63,062 bases of DNA, filler included, from Octopus bimaculoides (GCF_001194135.2; 7 parts of 7 records of this genome joined end to end with filler, not necessarily neighbours in it), one strand, 5' to 3'. Positions 1 to 12,865 are shown, counted from the first letter of the whole stretch. Program-made: numbers and translations. Notes: generated by a model not told the origin, from the sequence alone.

Positions 1-2289
1 ATATATATATATATATATATAGGTATGTATGTATATATTCGCATAGCAAATATACGAATATGTGTCTTGTAGTGTAAATTTAGTTCATTTGTACGAGATA
101 GGTAATCACTAAATGCAGAACATCTCAATAGATAAATGATATTTTGAATACATTTGTCCTAAAGAGATCGAAAGAACAGATCTAAAGTATATCGCATAAG
201 AAATAATATAGTTTCTTACGTCACCTAGTTGGTCAGCAAGAAGTTTCAAAGATATCTATGCAGTAGATCCCACGAAGCATAATAATTGGTGACGACGTAT
301 CGAATAAGAACGGAAAAGGGACCGTTTTGAACTATTGCCCTAATACCGTTTATTGGCTCCGTGTGCCAGTATAAGAAATTGATGCTTTTCAAACTCGTTT
401 CACTTTATCTTCTGAATTCTACACTAAAGAACAACGTAATTTTGTAAATTCATAACACCAAAACGTTATGCATTTTTGAGACGTACTGAATTAAATCTGT
501 CGAGCAAATATGCTCATTACATCTTTACAATATGAAGTTGTGAGCTCAGTATTTTTTTTCATGAATTTCCTGAGAATTATATTTATGGGGCATTATTTCA
601 GATTCAAATATTCAACTATTTTTAAAGCTTTACATATATTTTAGCAGTGTAGAGGCCACGTATTACAGGGCGCGTATTTCCCTATATTAGACTACCTGTA
701 ATTATAGCCGGTGCGTTTTCGCACAGTACTTGCTTAATCTAACATTTTCTTCGCCACTTCTTGAAAGTATTGGATGCTCTACATTAAAACGTATACTACA
801 AATTATTAGCGAACATTTAATTCCAAACATTTCATTAATGTAAACGGCATCATGACGCTTCGAGCTGCCGCATCGTACTCAATGTGAGATCATTTCTCAA
901 AATAGATAGCTAATTATTGTGTAGCTTCAGGAACTGCACTTCTCGTTTGACAATCATAATTGTATTCTTTACGAAATGACTTCTCTATTTCTATATTTAT
1001 CCTTCAGTATAATTTGAATGATTTTTAGAGCTTTTAATGTTTTCAATAATTAAGCAGTATTTTGGTACTTGTTGAAATAAAAATTACTTGTACGTAACAT
1101 TATCTATGATATTCGTTTAACTGCCAAGAACCCAAATAGATAAAGAAATATGCAGTGGAGTTCATTCTTTTCTCAAGATCATTGACGAAAGTGTGGTTGT
1201 TAACATAATCGGAACCAGCTCAATTCACATTTCATTCTCGTAGGCACTATTCTATTGATACAAGTGGAGTTATAATTATGAGAGAGTATTGTACATCATA
1301 ATAGCATTAGAGTTTTAGCAAGGTATGTTTCTGTTATTGCATTCTCTTCTTTCTATTTCGCAGGAAGGATTAACGCATAAGAATTTGATAAAATAAATAC
1401 AAATCTAGCAAGCAAGTTAAAAAGTAAAATAAAATGTGAGAAAACTAAACAAATAGCAAACGGATAGAAAATAAAATATATAACGAAAGCTCCATATACG
1501 TTAAGCAATATGTTATATCTCACTATAATTACGCAGGCTGGATTAATTCAAAGCATTGTTGTATCATGTTGGAAAATGTGATTAATGATAGATCTCGTTA
1601 AATGTTCAAATGTAACTACAGTAGTATTTTGTAAGTGAATGTGTATTTGTTTGCTCGTGTGTTTGCGTGTGAGCGTAAATAGTTTCAAGCCTGTGTGTTT
1701 CCGTGATAGATATATCTGTGTACGCTTTTGTGTGTATATATAAGTGCATATACACGCATATGGAAAGACTTACCAGTATGTGAATTCATTTGTGTATATC
1801 CATACATGTACACATGCACACACACACACATGCATATACATACATATATCTGTATGAATATGTAGGTGTGTCTGTAGGATGTTTGTGTCTATTTGTATGT
1901 GTGTGCAGTTGTGCGTAAATTTCTCACTGTGCATGGGAATTATATGTATCTTTGTTTCTTTTTAATTCCTAATTTTCCATTTGTGTACATAAAGAGTTCT
2001 CTTTGCCTGAATATAGTCTGTAATTGTTGTTGAGAGCAGAATTGGCAAATTGCTGAATGACTTTTTTTCGCGATAAGAATGTTACGATTTTCACCTTCGT
2101 ATTTCAAATCTTGCATTCTTCGACCTTGTATTTCATCTTTCTGTGTGCAATACTATGATTAGTTGTTATATACAATTATAGGCTCCCCAACCTCTATCAT
2201 ATCAGTGTGTAAGAACACTTCAAAGTGTTAATAGGTAGGGATAGAGCCTGAATGACTAAAATTACATGCTAATATAATTTACAGAAAAA

Positions 2290-2512
2290 GTAGTAAACTG
2301 ACAAAATCGTTAAGCACGCCGGTTAAAATGCTTACTGGCATTTCGCACGTCTTTACGTTCTAAGTTCAAATTCCGTTGAGGTTAACTTTTCCTTTCATCT
2401 TTTTCGAAATCGGTAAAATAAGTACCAACTTAGCACTGGGGTTGATGTAATTGACTACCCCCACCCCACAAAATATCCCATAATGGGCATTGTACCAAAA
2501 TTTGAAACCAAT
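2290..2512 (+). mobile_element. tRNA-derived SINE, family A (Meta-domain-like core), copy 1 of a tandem trio
   Basis: B-box-like AAGTTCAAATTCC, core TTTCCTTTCATC...TAAAATAAGTACCA, tail TGTACCAAAATTTGAAACC; homologous to other copies in the window. Confidence 0.8.
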
Positions 2513-2530
2513 ATAATTTACAGAAAAAAA

Positions 2531-2745
2531 AGTGGTATACTGGCAGAACACTTAGCACACGAGCAAAAGTGCTTAGCAGTATTTCTTCCGGCTTTACGTC
2601 CTGAGGTCAATTTCACCGAGGGTTCACTTTGCCTTTCACCTAGTGGGAGTCAATAAAATAAGTACCATTTCAGCACTAAATTCAATGTAATCGACTAACT
2701 CCTTCCCTTAAACATTCAGGCCTTATTTGCACAACAGAAATTATT
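2531..2745 (+). mobile_element. SINE family A, copy 2
   Basis: CACTTTGCCTTTCACC...AATAAAATAAGTACCA core and TGTAATCGACT tail. Confidence 0.75.
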
Positions 2746-2750
2746 ATCAA

Positions 2751-2945
2751 AAGGCGGCATGCTGACACGCTGGACAAAATATTTGTAGCATTTATTCCGG
2801 TTTCACCAATTACATTTAAATTCCACCGAGGTTAACTTTGTCTTTCATCTTTGCAGGGTTGATAAAATAAGTACCAGTTGAGTACTGAAGTTAATCTAAT
2901 CGACTGGCCCCATCCCTAAAAACTTCAGGCCTTGTACATATATGA
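2751..2945 (+). mobile_element. SINE family A, copy 3
   Basis: AATTCCACCGAGGTTAACTTTGTCTTTCATC...GATAAAATAAGTACCAGTTGAG. Confidence 0.75.
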
Positions 2946-3111
2946 GAAAAACATAAAAACTTTGAAAACCATTATTTATAATAAATGGTTTTCATACGCA
3001 TATCTAGAAGTCATATACATATATTTAAACTAGAAAAGCCGTACATGTGATAGACATGCTGGTTCTTCGTTTTTTATATTAATTCTGGTAAGGTCTAGTG
3101 CTCTCTCACAC

Positions 3112-3199
<88 letters not shown>
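3112..3199. repeat. (AAT)n microsatellite
   Basis: Direct read of a pure trinucleotide array. Confidence 0.98.
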
Positions 3200-3204
3200 G
3201 TAAT

Positions 3205-3390
3205 CTTTTCTCCCATAAACACAAAGCCCGAAGCTAATCGATTACATCGATCTCCAGTGTTCGACTGGTATTAGTTTTATCGCACTCGAAAGAATGTCAG
3301 GCAAAATTTATCTCAGTGAATTCGAATTAAGAACGTAAGGCGGACGAAATACTGCTAAGAATTTCGTCCAGCGGGCTTACGATTCAGCGT
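3205..3390 (-). mobile_element. SINE family A, between two (AAT)n arrays
   Basis: Reverse complement of the family A core (ATCGATTACATCGA, CTGGTATTAGTTTTATCG, GAATTCGAATTAAGAACGTAA). Confidence 0.7.
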
Positions 3391-3399
3391 GCACACTCC

Positions 3400-3400
<1 letters not shown>

Positions 3401-3461
<61 letters not shown>
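3401..3461. repeat. (TAA)n microsatellite at the 5' side of the Dong-like LINE
   Basis: Direct read. Confidence 0.98.
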
Positions 3462-3462
<1 letters not shown>

Positions 3463-4723
3463 TATACGCTAGAAATGATAATGACCTAAAATTATACGCT
3501 AGAAATGATAAAGAGCTGGAAACACTACTACAGACAGTACATGGATTTACCAAAGAAAACGATATAAAATTTGGATTAGAAAAATGCGCTAAAGCAACCC
3601 TGAAAAGAGGAAAACTAGTTAAGAGTAGCAACATCACACTAGATAAAGCCAATGAAATAAGAGAATTAGACCAAAACCAGCCATACAAATATTTAGGAAT
3701 CAATGAACTAGATAGGATACAACACACACAAATGAAAGAGAAAATAGAGAAAGAATACTATAGACGAGTTAGATAAATACTGAAAACAGAGCTCAATGCT
3801 AAAAACAAGATAATAGGTATTAACACTTTAGCCGTGCCAGTTATGAGTTACAGCCAAAATATTCTTAACTGGACACTAAATGAACTAACCAAAATAGACC
3901 GGAAAACAAGGAAAATAATGACAAGATCTAGGATGCACCACCCAAAATCTGACATAGAAAGGCTATATATACAACGAAGGATTTTTAATTGCAGCACAAA
4001 ACCACAGCCTCACCATCAGAAATTACCAAAAACATATAATGAAAAGAAACATAAGTAACTGCAGAATATGTGGCGATGGACAAGAAATAATAAATCATAT
4101 TATCTCTGGCTGCCCAGTCCTGGCTAAGAAGGAATATATTCACAGACATGACATGGTTGGGATCTACATACTCTGGAAGCTATGCCAACACTATGGAATA
4201 AGAACAGAAAAAACATGGTATAAACACACGCCAGAAAAGGTCTCAGAAAACGAGAAAGCAACCATATTCTGGGATATGCCAATACACACAGATAGAGAAA
4301 TTAAGGCCAATAGGCCAGATATAGTTGTCAGAGATCATGAAGAAAAAAATGCTTTCTAATTGATGCATCAATACCAGCAGATGACAATGTTTCTCTAAAA
4401 GAAATGGAGAAACTTTCAAAATACAAAGACCTGGAAATAGTGGTAACTCGAATTTGAACTCTAAAAACAGAAACAATTCCTATCATAGTAGGTGCATTAG
4501 GTATGACAAAAAAAATATTCAGACAAATACATAACAAAAACACCAGGACTTACAAATATATATAACATACAGAAAATTGCACTACTGGGCACTGCACACA
4601 TCCTACGCAAAACACTTTCAATACAGTAACCATAAGAGCATCACAGCAAACCACAGTACATACCCAAGGCACACAGAGCTGCGCTCGGTAGTGAAGTGAA
4701 AGCACGCTATCAAAAGAAAACTA

Positions 4724-4726
<3 letters not shown>
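3463..4726 (+). mobile_element. 5'-truncated, internally deleted R4/Dong-clade non-LTR retrotransposon (RT C-terminus, CCHC knuckle, REL endonuclease)
   Basis: Translates to DLKLYARND...KFGLEKCAK...YKYLG...LKTELNAKNKIIGINTLAVPV, then CRICG..E.INHIISGC, RHD, NRPDIVV, KEMEKLSKYKDL, IIVGALG; frameshifts and stops; 3' UTR ends in (AAT)n. Confidence 0.9.

Positions 4727-4800
<74 letters not shown>
4727..4800. repeat. (AAT)n microsatellite
   Basis: Direct read. Confidence 0.98.
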
Positions 4801-4801
<1 letters not shown>

Positions 4802-4990
4802 GTCGAAAAATACCTAAGGAATGAGAACCCAGATTCGAAATTTCTCCAGGGCACCCGACGAAGGCTGGAGGATATATTAGCCGAAACTTTGTGTTAACAA
4901 CAAACAAGATCAGGACAAATATCCTTCAAATGTAAATAATGTTAATAATGTAAATAATGTACATAATTTCTAATCTCTTAAAAAATAGAG
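4801..4990 (+). mobile_element. Body of the hammerhead-bearing SINE family (degenerate HHR core at 4855-4887)
   Basis: Aligns by eye to 29515-29665 (-) and 53945-54080; core reads CCGACGA-A-GGCTG..TAGCC-GAAAC; tail TGTAAATAATG repeats. Confidence 0.75.
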
Positions 4991-7664
4991 AAATGTATTA
5001 TTAATAATAGTAATAACGATATCTTGAATTATATATTGACAAAAATGTCATTAATAAATTTAATAGTAACACTTAGTAGCAAAATGTTTAACTGCAGATT
5101 TCAGTCGCTCTATGACAAATGATAAAATATAATCAATGTATTTAAGTAAGGAAGAAGCAATTTTACGAATGTATTCTAATGAGTTAACCATTTAACCGTA
5201 GAATACAACGAATAGTGACTGGAAAAGTTTTAATGTCTGAAGAACTGTCGCGAAAGCGTTTACAGGGAAAATGGAGAAGAAATACAGTAGGAAGAGATAG
5301 TAAATTGACAGTGTGTTGCTTGCCAGGACGTTGAACGTAGCTTTTATTAACCAGAGATTCTTCTAAAATCGTGCGTATGCATAAAGCTATATTTATAATG
5401 GATGATATATTGGTGAACGATCCAACATATCCACCATTTTAAATCATTAATATCTTTATTGTCCTCTTGGAAAGCATTTCTTACTGACAGAACAAACGAT
5501 TGTTGCTCTTAATTTTTTCTCTAATAAATGCATAACGTTAGAGCTTTAGTCTATATTTAAAATGTGTGCTTGACTATACATTCCTTGGAATAACTAGAAA
5601 ACTTATGTATAATAAAATAAGTCTTTTATCAAGGGCTGGATTTGTGTCTCACTCAACGCCGTTTATCGAAGCTACGTCCTTGACCTTGACAATATTTCCG
5701 TGTTTAGGAAGAATTTATATTTTTATATCTTAACGTACGGCTATATAAATCTCAAAGCCCTGCCAACAAACTATCTGAACATGTCAGCAAATAAAATGCC
5801 TTATTTACAGCTAACCATTGACAAAAAAAAAGACGTTGAGTTTTCACTTAGTAGCTCCCTATCATAGCTGTACTTTGGCAGAAATGGTTCGATTATTCAA
5901 TTACCCAGAGTACAAAGATTAGTCAGATTACTAAACAAACTTGTAGAATATTCTCTACTAAGCTACACCTCTGGGGCCTTGAAGGAATTTTGTATTTGTC
6001 TGTAGTACTAGAATGCAATAGCGTGAGAAACTGGCTATGATTGACTATAATTCTATTCATAAGAATATTCTAAACATAACTATTCGATGTTTTATAAACC
6101 AAAATTTAGCTGAGATTCTTCTGCTCTCACTAGTAGGTTGAGTGATCATGTTAAATTTTCCTTATTCATTCGGCTTCCATCACAAGTATTTTGTTCTATA
6201 GTTAAGCAAGACGTTTATTTCTACATTGACTTAGTTTTTCTGTTAGCCTCTAGGAATAGATACTAGATCATCGGTAAATATAACTTGTGATCGGTTTTAA
6301 CATCATTAGTAAGGTCACCTTAAACTGTACATCTGCCTTTCTATACATTAATAAGTCATATAAACACGGTCGAAATAAATACTGAAAATTCGTTCAAAAT
6401 AACCAGCAGATACAGTCAATTGATTATTTATCGAAAAATATTCAGAAATTTCAATAGACACATAAGAATAGATTAGTGATACAGGAGGTGAAAACCAGAC
6501 TTAGTGTCGAGTTTCAGCAACCACTTGCCAAACCCCACTTAAAAAGAAATAAAGAAGCAAAATAAAATGCAATACATTTGATATCCAGCTGCTCTCATGA
6601 AATCGTTTCTATCGACCGTAACAGCTATTTGAGGCAATATGAAGACAGTTCAGTTATCAATCTCCCTACATTTAAAAGCTCTCATGCAGAGTTGTTCATT
6701 TGAAGATGCAATGGTACTCAAAGCTTAAGTGAAAATATTGCATTATCAAAATAAAATTAACAGGCAAAAACCTCTTTCCTTTTCTATCTACCACTCCAGT
6801 CTTTACACAATTTATTTTTGCTTTTATACATACATATTTTGATACACACACATGTGCATACATATATACAGACAGGGATACATACATATATACATACAAA
6901 CATGCATATATTCATAGATACATACATACACACATATTGTGCGGCATAAACACCTTACACATTTATCATTCTTATCAACCCTTGTACAACATGGGAGATT
7001 TTTCTGCTGTTCCCTATATATACAGGTACACTACTGAATGGTATATATCGCTCTTTCCATGGGTGTGGAAGTGCGTGCATTTGTAAGAGTTTATGTGAGC
7101 AGATACATGAACGAACATGAGTGTTTATTTGACAATAACATGTGTATTCTTGATTTTCAATGCTCAGAAGTCTTTACTCATTGCGTGGTGATGATGGCCG
7201 GATCAATTTATAATTTGCGAAGAAACTTGTCACCTCTACCAGTGGTGACTTGCTTAGCCCAGCAAGTTAGTTTATCTTATTCTAGAGCAAAGTCGTCCAT
7301 AGCAAAATTTCGATGGTCTACGTCGAGTTTTGTGTCCTACTTTGTTGCATAGAGCAATTACACATGAATATATATTTGTTGGTAAATAATGTTGTCATCA
7401 TGAACTTTCATGATTTGTGTGCGATATCTTCTGGAAAGCGATGGACATTATTGGTCTGAAGATAGTTGTTATAACAATATAGAATGAGATATCCTGTCCA
7501 AACGCAAAGGTTGATCGTAAACAGTCCTTACGAGTAATAAACCAACAGGGCAATGCCATACTCACGTATCATTTGGCATACTTCGACACGTAAGGCAAAC
7601 GCGCTTCAAATAGCTAATTTTATCGAAGAGATCACTCGGTTTGAAATAAACTTGCAACCTTTTC

Positions 7665-7735
7665 TTCTATTATAGCTTCAAGTTGACCAAAGCTTTCTAA
7701 ATGTAATTGGTTAGATGGAAACTGCGTTGATGCCT
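7665..7735 (+). mobile_element. Degenerate fragment of composite SINE family B
   Basis: TATAGCTTCAAGTTGACCAAAGC...TTGGTTAGATGGAAACTG resembles TATAGCCTCGGGTCGACCAAGGC...TTGGTAGACGGAAACTG. Confidence 0.5.
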
Positions 7736-8080
7736 ACCAAAATTAGTACTGAAGATATAATTTGAAAATTTTATTTCTTCTTCATACCCTGCATCAATGT
7801 GATTCTACATAATTATTGTGTAAGGAGTAAAAGGATTTGTGGAGTAGTCAGTCTCCCATAATGCAATTCAATTAATAATTAGTTCATTTGGTCGACAGTG
7901 GTAGCTACATCGTCGAAAATGATGCTTTAACAGCTTACATGAAGAAAAAATGACCATATATTAGAATTATATCTGTAAACGGTTCTGTATGCAAGTGCAC
8001 TAATGTGCGTGAGTACGTATGTGTGCTTCTGCTGTAGTGCTCCACGTAAATGCTGGTGCTGCATACATACACCTACCTTG

Positions 8081-8081
8081 C

Positions 8082-8129
<48 letters not shown>

Positions 8130-8310
8130 GTCTGTCTGTGTGTCTGTCTGTCTGTGTGTCTGTGTGTCTGTCTGTCTGTTTGTCTGTCTCTCTCTCTCTC
8201 TCTCTATCTATCTATATACATGCATATATGTAAGCACATATATGTGAGTGTGTATAAATGTGTATGTGTGTGTGGGTGTGAATGTGTGCGTATGTGTGCG
8301 CGTGTGTAAT
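8081..8310. repeat. Compound (ATCT)n/(GTCT)n/(CT)n/(TG)n microsatellite
   Basis: Direct read. Confidence 0.95.
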
Positions 8311-8814
8311 GTCATGAATAGAACAACTAAAGTAATACTTCGTGACATATTTTTGCAGAAGTCAAACAAAAATTGAAAATTTAAAATTTATATTATTATT
8401 CTCTTTGGTAATTTTTACTAAAGGCCTCAGAAAGAAAAGTAAGACAGATTTTATCGCAGTTACTATTTTGCTAGACATGCTGTGTTTACGAGCAAATAAT
8501 ATCATTGGAGTAATCCCGGAGGTTGCTTTTAAGTAGATTACTGGTATTTTAGAACATTGCCGCTCAAAGGAAATGCATCTGTGAGGCATATAGGGAATAA
8601 GAAGAATAGTGTTTGCAAGCGAAAATTGTGACATGATTTTGGCTCACAGTTGAATACATACTTCGCTTTAACTTTGCCAATTGATTTACGTGCCCAAGTA
8701 CGTAAATCGAGAGTAGATATAAACACTCTCTAAGGACATTGACCGAGAACAACAATCAGTATGTTAAAGCATAAAGAAAACGGGGTTGTATCAATAAACT
8801 GTTGATACTTATTT

Positions 8815-8945
8815 ATGACTGAGTAAACCGAAGAACGCAGAATTATGTGCTTGACTCAAGGTCACAAATTCATCGATCGGAGCAGAAAATAAAGCCACAA
8901 ATTTTGGATCATAAGCCGAATATTTCTAATCAGTAAGGCCACGTT
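8815..8945 (-). mobile_element. Degenerate CORE-like tRNA SINE (family D)
   Basis: CTGAGTAAAC...GTGCTTGACTCAAGGTCACA...CTAATCAGTAAGGCCACG resembles a reversed CORE plus A-box; similar to 44725-44822. Confidence 0.45.
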
Positions 8946-9229
8946 CCTTCACAAAACCTGCCAGAAATGTATGAATTATGCTTCTTTCAAATATTAGAGC
9001 AGTGGAGAGCAGATCGGTAGAGTGTCAGCGGTTTACGTACTAAGTTCAAATCCTTTACAAATTAACTTTCTACTCAATCTCTTACAACTCGTTTAACTAA
9101 AGTACTGATCAAATGTCTGTTGTTCAACCGCATAACATTTGTACCGTCATAAGGACAGAATCAATTGTAAATATTTCTTGTATTTAAGTTTTCTTATTTA
9201 ATGTATTTGGTTTTGACATATTGGTAGTT

Positions 9230-9360
9230 ATACGTATGTATGTATGTATGTATGTATGCATGTATGTATGCATGTATGTATGTATATCCAGCTATATATG
9301 GATGTGTATATATGTATCTATACACATATATATGTACACATACACGCACACAAATGCATA

Positions 9361-9417
<57 letters not shown>

Positions 9418-10059
9418 NNNNNNNNNNNNNNNNNNNNNNNNNNNNNNNNNNNNNNNNNNNNNNNNNNNNNNNNNNNNNNNNNNNNNNNNNNNNNNNNNNN
9501 NNNNNNNNNNNNNNNNNNNNNNNNNNNNNNNNNNNNNNNNNNNNNNNNNNNNNNNNNNNNNNNNNNNNNNNNNNNNNNNNNNNNNNNNNNNNNNNNNNNN
9601 NNNNNNNNNNNNNNNNNNNNNNNNNNNNNNNNNNNNNNNNNNNNNNNNNNNNNNNNNNNNNNNNNNNNNNNNNNNNNNNNNNNNNNNNNNNNNNNNNNNN
9701 NNNNNNNNNNNNNNNNNNNNNNNNNNNNNNNNNNNNNNNNNNNNNNNNNNNNNNNNNNNNNNNNNNNNNNNNNNNNNNNNNNNNNNNNNNNNNNNNNNNN
9801 NNNNNNNNNNNNNNNNNNNNNNNNNNNNNNNNNNNNNNNNNNNNNNNNNNNNNNNNNNNNNNNNNNNNNNNNNNNNNNNNNNNNNNNNNNNNNNNNNNNN
9901 NNNNNNNNNNNNNNNNNNNNNNNNNNNNNNNNNNNNNNNNNNNNNNNNNNNNNNNNNNNNNNNNNNNNNNNNNNNNNNNNNNNNNNNNNNNNNNNNNNNN
10001 NNNNNNNNNNNNNNNNNNNNNNNTATATATATATATATATATGTCTATATATGTGTGTG

Positions 10060-10097
<38 letters not shown>

Positions 10098-10210
10098 TGT
10101 GTGTGTGTATGTGTGTACACACGCACACACACGCAGACACACATACATATACACATAAACATATGAGATTATGTATATACGATCTATGTATCTATGTATA
10201 TAGGAGGGAA
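9230..10210. repeat. (TATG)n/(TA)n/(TG)n microsatellite block spanning an assembly gap
   Basis: Direct read; N-run 9418-10023. Confidence 0.95.
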
Positions 10211-10506
10211 TGTCTGTACGTATAAAATTTACCAAATAATCGTTGTTGAAGTTACTATTCGAAATTTTGCCAAGATGTGTTTCTTCAGGTGATGTTTCAT
10301 AATCCGCATACCTACGCTACAAATAATACGAGCTTTCAGTATGAATATAAAGCGATTATTCAGCTAATATTTCACATATACGTACATACATACATACATA
10401 CATACGTACATGCATACATACATACATGCGTATATACATGCATGTATATATGTATATATAAATATATATATGTATGCACGTAAGTATGTATATATGTATA
10501 TATATG

Positions 10507-10557
<51 letters not shown>

Positions 10558-10601
10558 NNNNNNNNNNNNNNNNNNNNNNNNNNNNNNNNNNNNNNNNNNN
10601 N

Positions 10602-10613
10602 TTAATTAATTAA
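10602..10613. other. Artificial scaffold spacer TTAATTAATTAA inside a 100-bp N gap (also at 22464, 43913, 51048, 59225, 61750)
   Basis: Identical 12-mer centred in N-runs (44 N precede it at the first gap); supplies stops in all six frames. Confidence 0.95.
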
Positions 10614-11258
10614 NNNNNNNNNNNNNNNNNNNNNNNNNNNNNNNNNNNNNNNNNNNNATATATATAAAACCAGAAATGACTCTGATGAAAGTAGCATTCA
10701 TTTTCTAGGTCGTTCAGTTTTTCTAATTGAAATAGCCTGTCAATAACGAACCTATAATGACTACTGGAAACAGCTAAAAGTCAAATTTACTACAATAAAG
10801 AAAAATATGTAATGACCATGATTTATAGCCTATGTTGTATCTCAGTGTGTAAAGATTAGTATAACTGGAACACAACCATGGATTTACAATATAAAATGGT
10901 GATGACCTATAACCCTCAAAATATGTGACGTTCTTTACTAATCTAAACAATTTTGTGAGCCTAATGTACTAACAGAGCTTATTTCTAGCAATATACGTGC
11001 TACCCTGCACCTTCGGTCGCAATTAGACACAACTGAATTTTTCCTTTCTGGTTTTATATTGCTATAGCTGCCTTCGTTATTTTACACACACATACCTCCC
11101 CCCACACACACATATATGCATAAATACATACATAAATGTATGCAAATATATATGTATCGTTTATTCTTTACTTATTACGGTTATAGCCCTTCGTTGGAAA
11201 GGAGAAAGGGAAAAGTCAAAAGAAGGAAAAGAAATTGCCCGCAGCAATGCTGAAGAAC

Positions 11259-11412
11259 GGACTTCTTTCAGTTTCTGTCTACCAAATCCACTCACAAAGC
11301 TTTAGTCATCCTGAAAATAAAGTAGAAGACATTTGCCCAATGTCCACGCTGTAGCACTAAGCCTGGATCGATGTCATTGAGCAGCAAACTTCTTACAACA
11401 TAACCACGCCTG
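11259..11412 (-). mobile_element. Composite SINE family B, 5' half (tRNA head plus CORE-like domain)
   Basis: CTTCTTTCAGTTTCTGTCTACCAAATCCACTCACAAAGC...GACATTTGCCCAA. Confidence 0.8.
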
Positions 11413-11533
11413 TACTTAACCACACTGTCACGCCTGTATATAGATGTACACACACATACACACACACACACACATACACACGTAAATTGATACATAAAAT
11501 AGATACAGGTATAAACACATACATGTGTATATA

Positions 11534-12020
11534 CTGGGTGAAACATTTTTGGTGGGACACTTTCAAGAGCTCTTCCGTTTTTCTTTTTTCTTTCTTTGCC
11601 CCCTTACTTTCCAGATAAATAATGTCAGGCATCGGGTAGACTCAGTAAATGAAAATGAATGCTGTAATCGTTGCCTTAAAAGCAGAGCACAGGGATATAG
11701 AGATAGCTCGCTTACCGAAAGTTGCCCGATCCTTCGTTGTTGAAGTTGGCATGAAGCTGGAAGCTACTGGCAGGGATACAACATCAGCAGCTAAACACAA
11801 GACGTATGCACAGGGTCCTAGTACTATCACAACGCACAACTTTGTATTAAAAAAACTCAAAGAAATAATAGACAAAACCCCCTGCAACTTAATCAGAGCC
11901 ATTGCAAAGAACCAAGGGGTTTTAGAATGCACCATCAGAGGAGTTCTGCATGCAGACATCCAGGTTTTCTTTGATGAACTAAGCGTCTTCTCCTAAAGTC
12001 ATACAGATGACCTCAAAACC
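11534..12020 (+). mobile_element. Tc1/mariner (maT-like) transposon 5' fragment with N-terminal HTH remnant
   Basis: TA followed by CTGGGTG TIR-like start; ORF 11649-11996 (AVIVALKAEHRDIEIA...IRAIAKNQGVLECTIRGVLHADI) has HTH-like character. Confidence 0.7.
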
Positions 12021-12037
12021 TGACGCACCATGTATAT

Positions 12038-12101
<64 letters not shown>

Positions 12102-12248
12102 GCACACACACTCACGCACACACACAGATATATGATGTATGTAAACATATATACTTATATTATTATTGCTATTATTCTCTATGCATTGTCCCCCTCATCC
12201 TTCTCCCTAGTGGCAAATAAAAGAAATCATTATTATTATTGTTGGTGG

Positions 12249-12306
<58 letters not shown>

Positions 12307-12796
12307 GGTTTAAAACAGTTTAGTTCGGCTCCATGAAACTAAAGTTTCGTAGGCTCGTTACAGAAACCTACCAATAGGTAGGTAGGTAGATTTACATATA
12401 CATATATGTATGTATATATGCATACGTAGATGTGCGTGTATGGATACATATATATATTTATATATATGTACACATGTGTGTTTGTGTGTGAGTGTATGTG
12501 TGTATGTATGTTTGCATATATATATGTATATGTGCCTTTATATAAATAATGTGTGTATATACATACGTATATATATATATTTATGCACGTATATGTATAC
12601 ATACATATATATGTGTGTATACTCACACACACACATATAGGCCATTTTGTATTTCTTTCGAGGTGGTGTTCACATGTTTACGTCACAAACCTTTAAGCAG
12701 CATGAGTAACTAACTACAACTCCACTTACATGTATTGAGAGCTACTTGTATTCGTTTCTTCGCTCACTCACGCATATATACATACAAACATGCATA

Positions 12797-12839
<43 letters not shown>

Positions 12840-12865
12840 GAGTGAGTGAGTGAGTGAGTGAGTGA

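Noticed and set aside
1322-1364. GT...AG pair resembling a mini-intron
   Set aside because: About 42 nt is very short and the flanking frames are short and stop quickly
3030-3727. Poly-Leu and poly-Tyr ORFs that resemble signal peptides or membrane helices
   Set aside because: Translations of (AAT)n arrays and antisense LINE sequence
9221-10235. Long ORFs of 220-310 aa in the track (also 34543-35575, 60569-61418 and similar)
   Set aside because: They consist of N-gap read-through and microsatellite translations (YI, CV, HT repeats)
10602-10613. TTAATTAATTAA recurring six times inside N-runs, superficially like a regularly spaced repeat or PacI-type site
   Set aside because: Always centred in fixed-length gaps; an assembly spacer, not biology
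12341-12365. Minus-strand CTGTAACGAGCCTACGAAAC resembling the 56973 hammerhead
   Set aside because: Core is disrupted, stem II is absent and the flanks are not homologous
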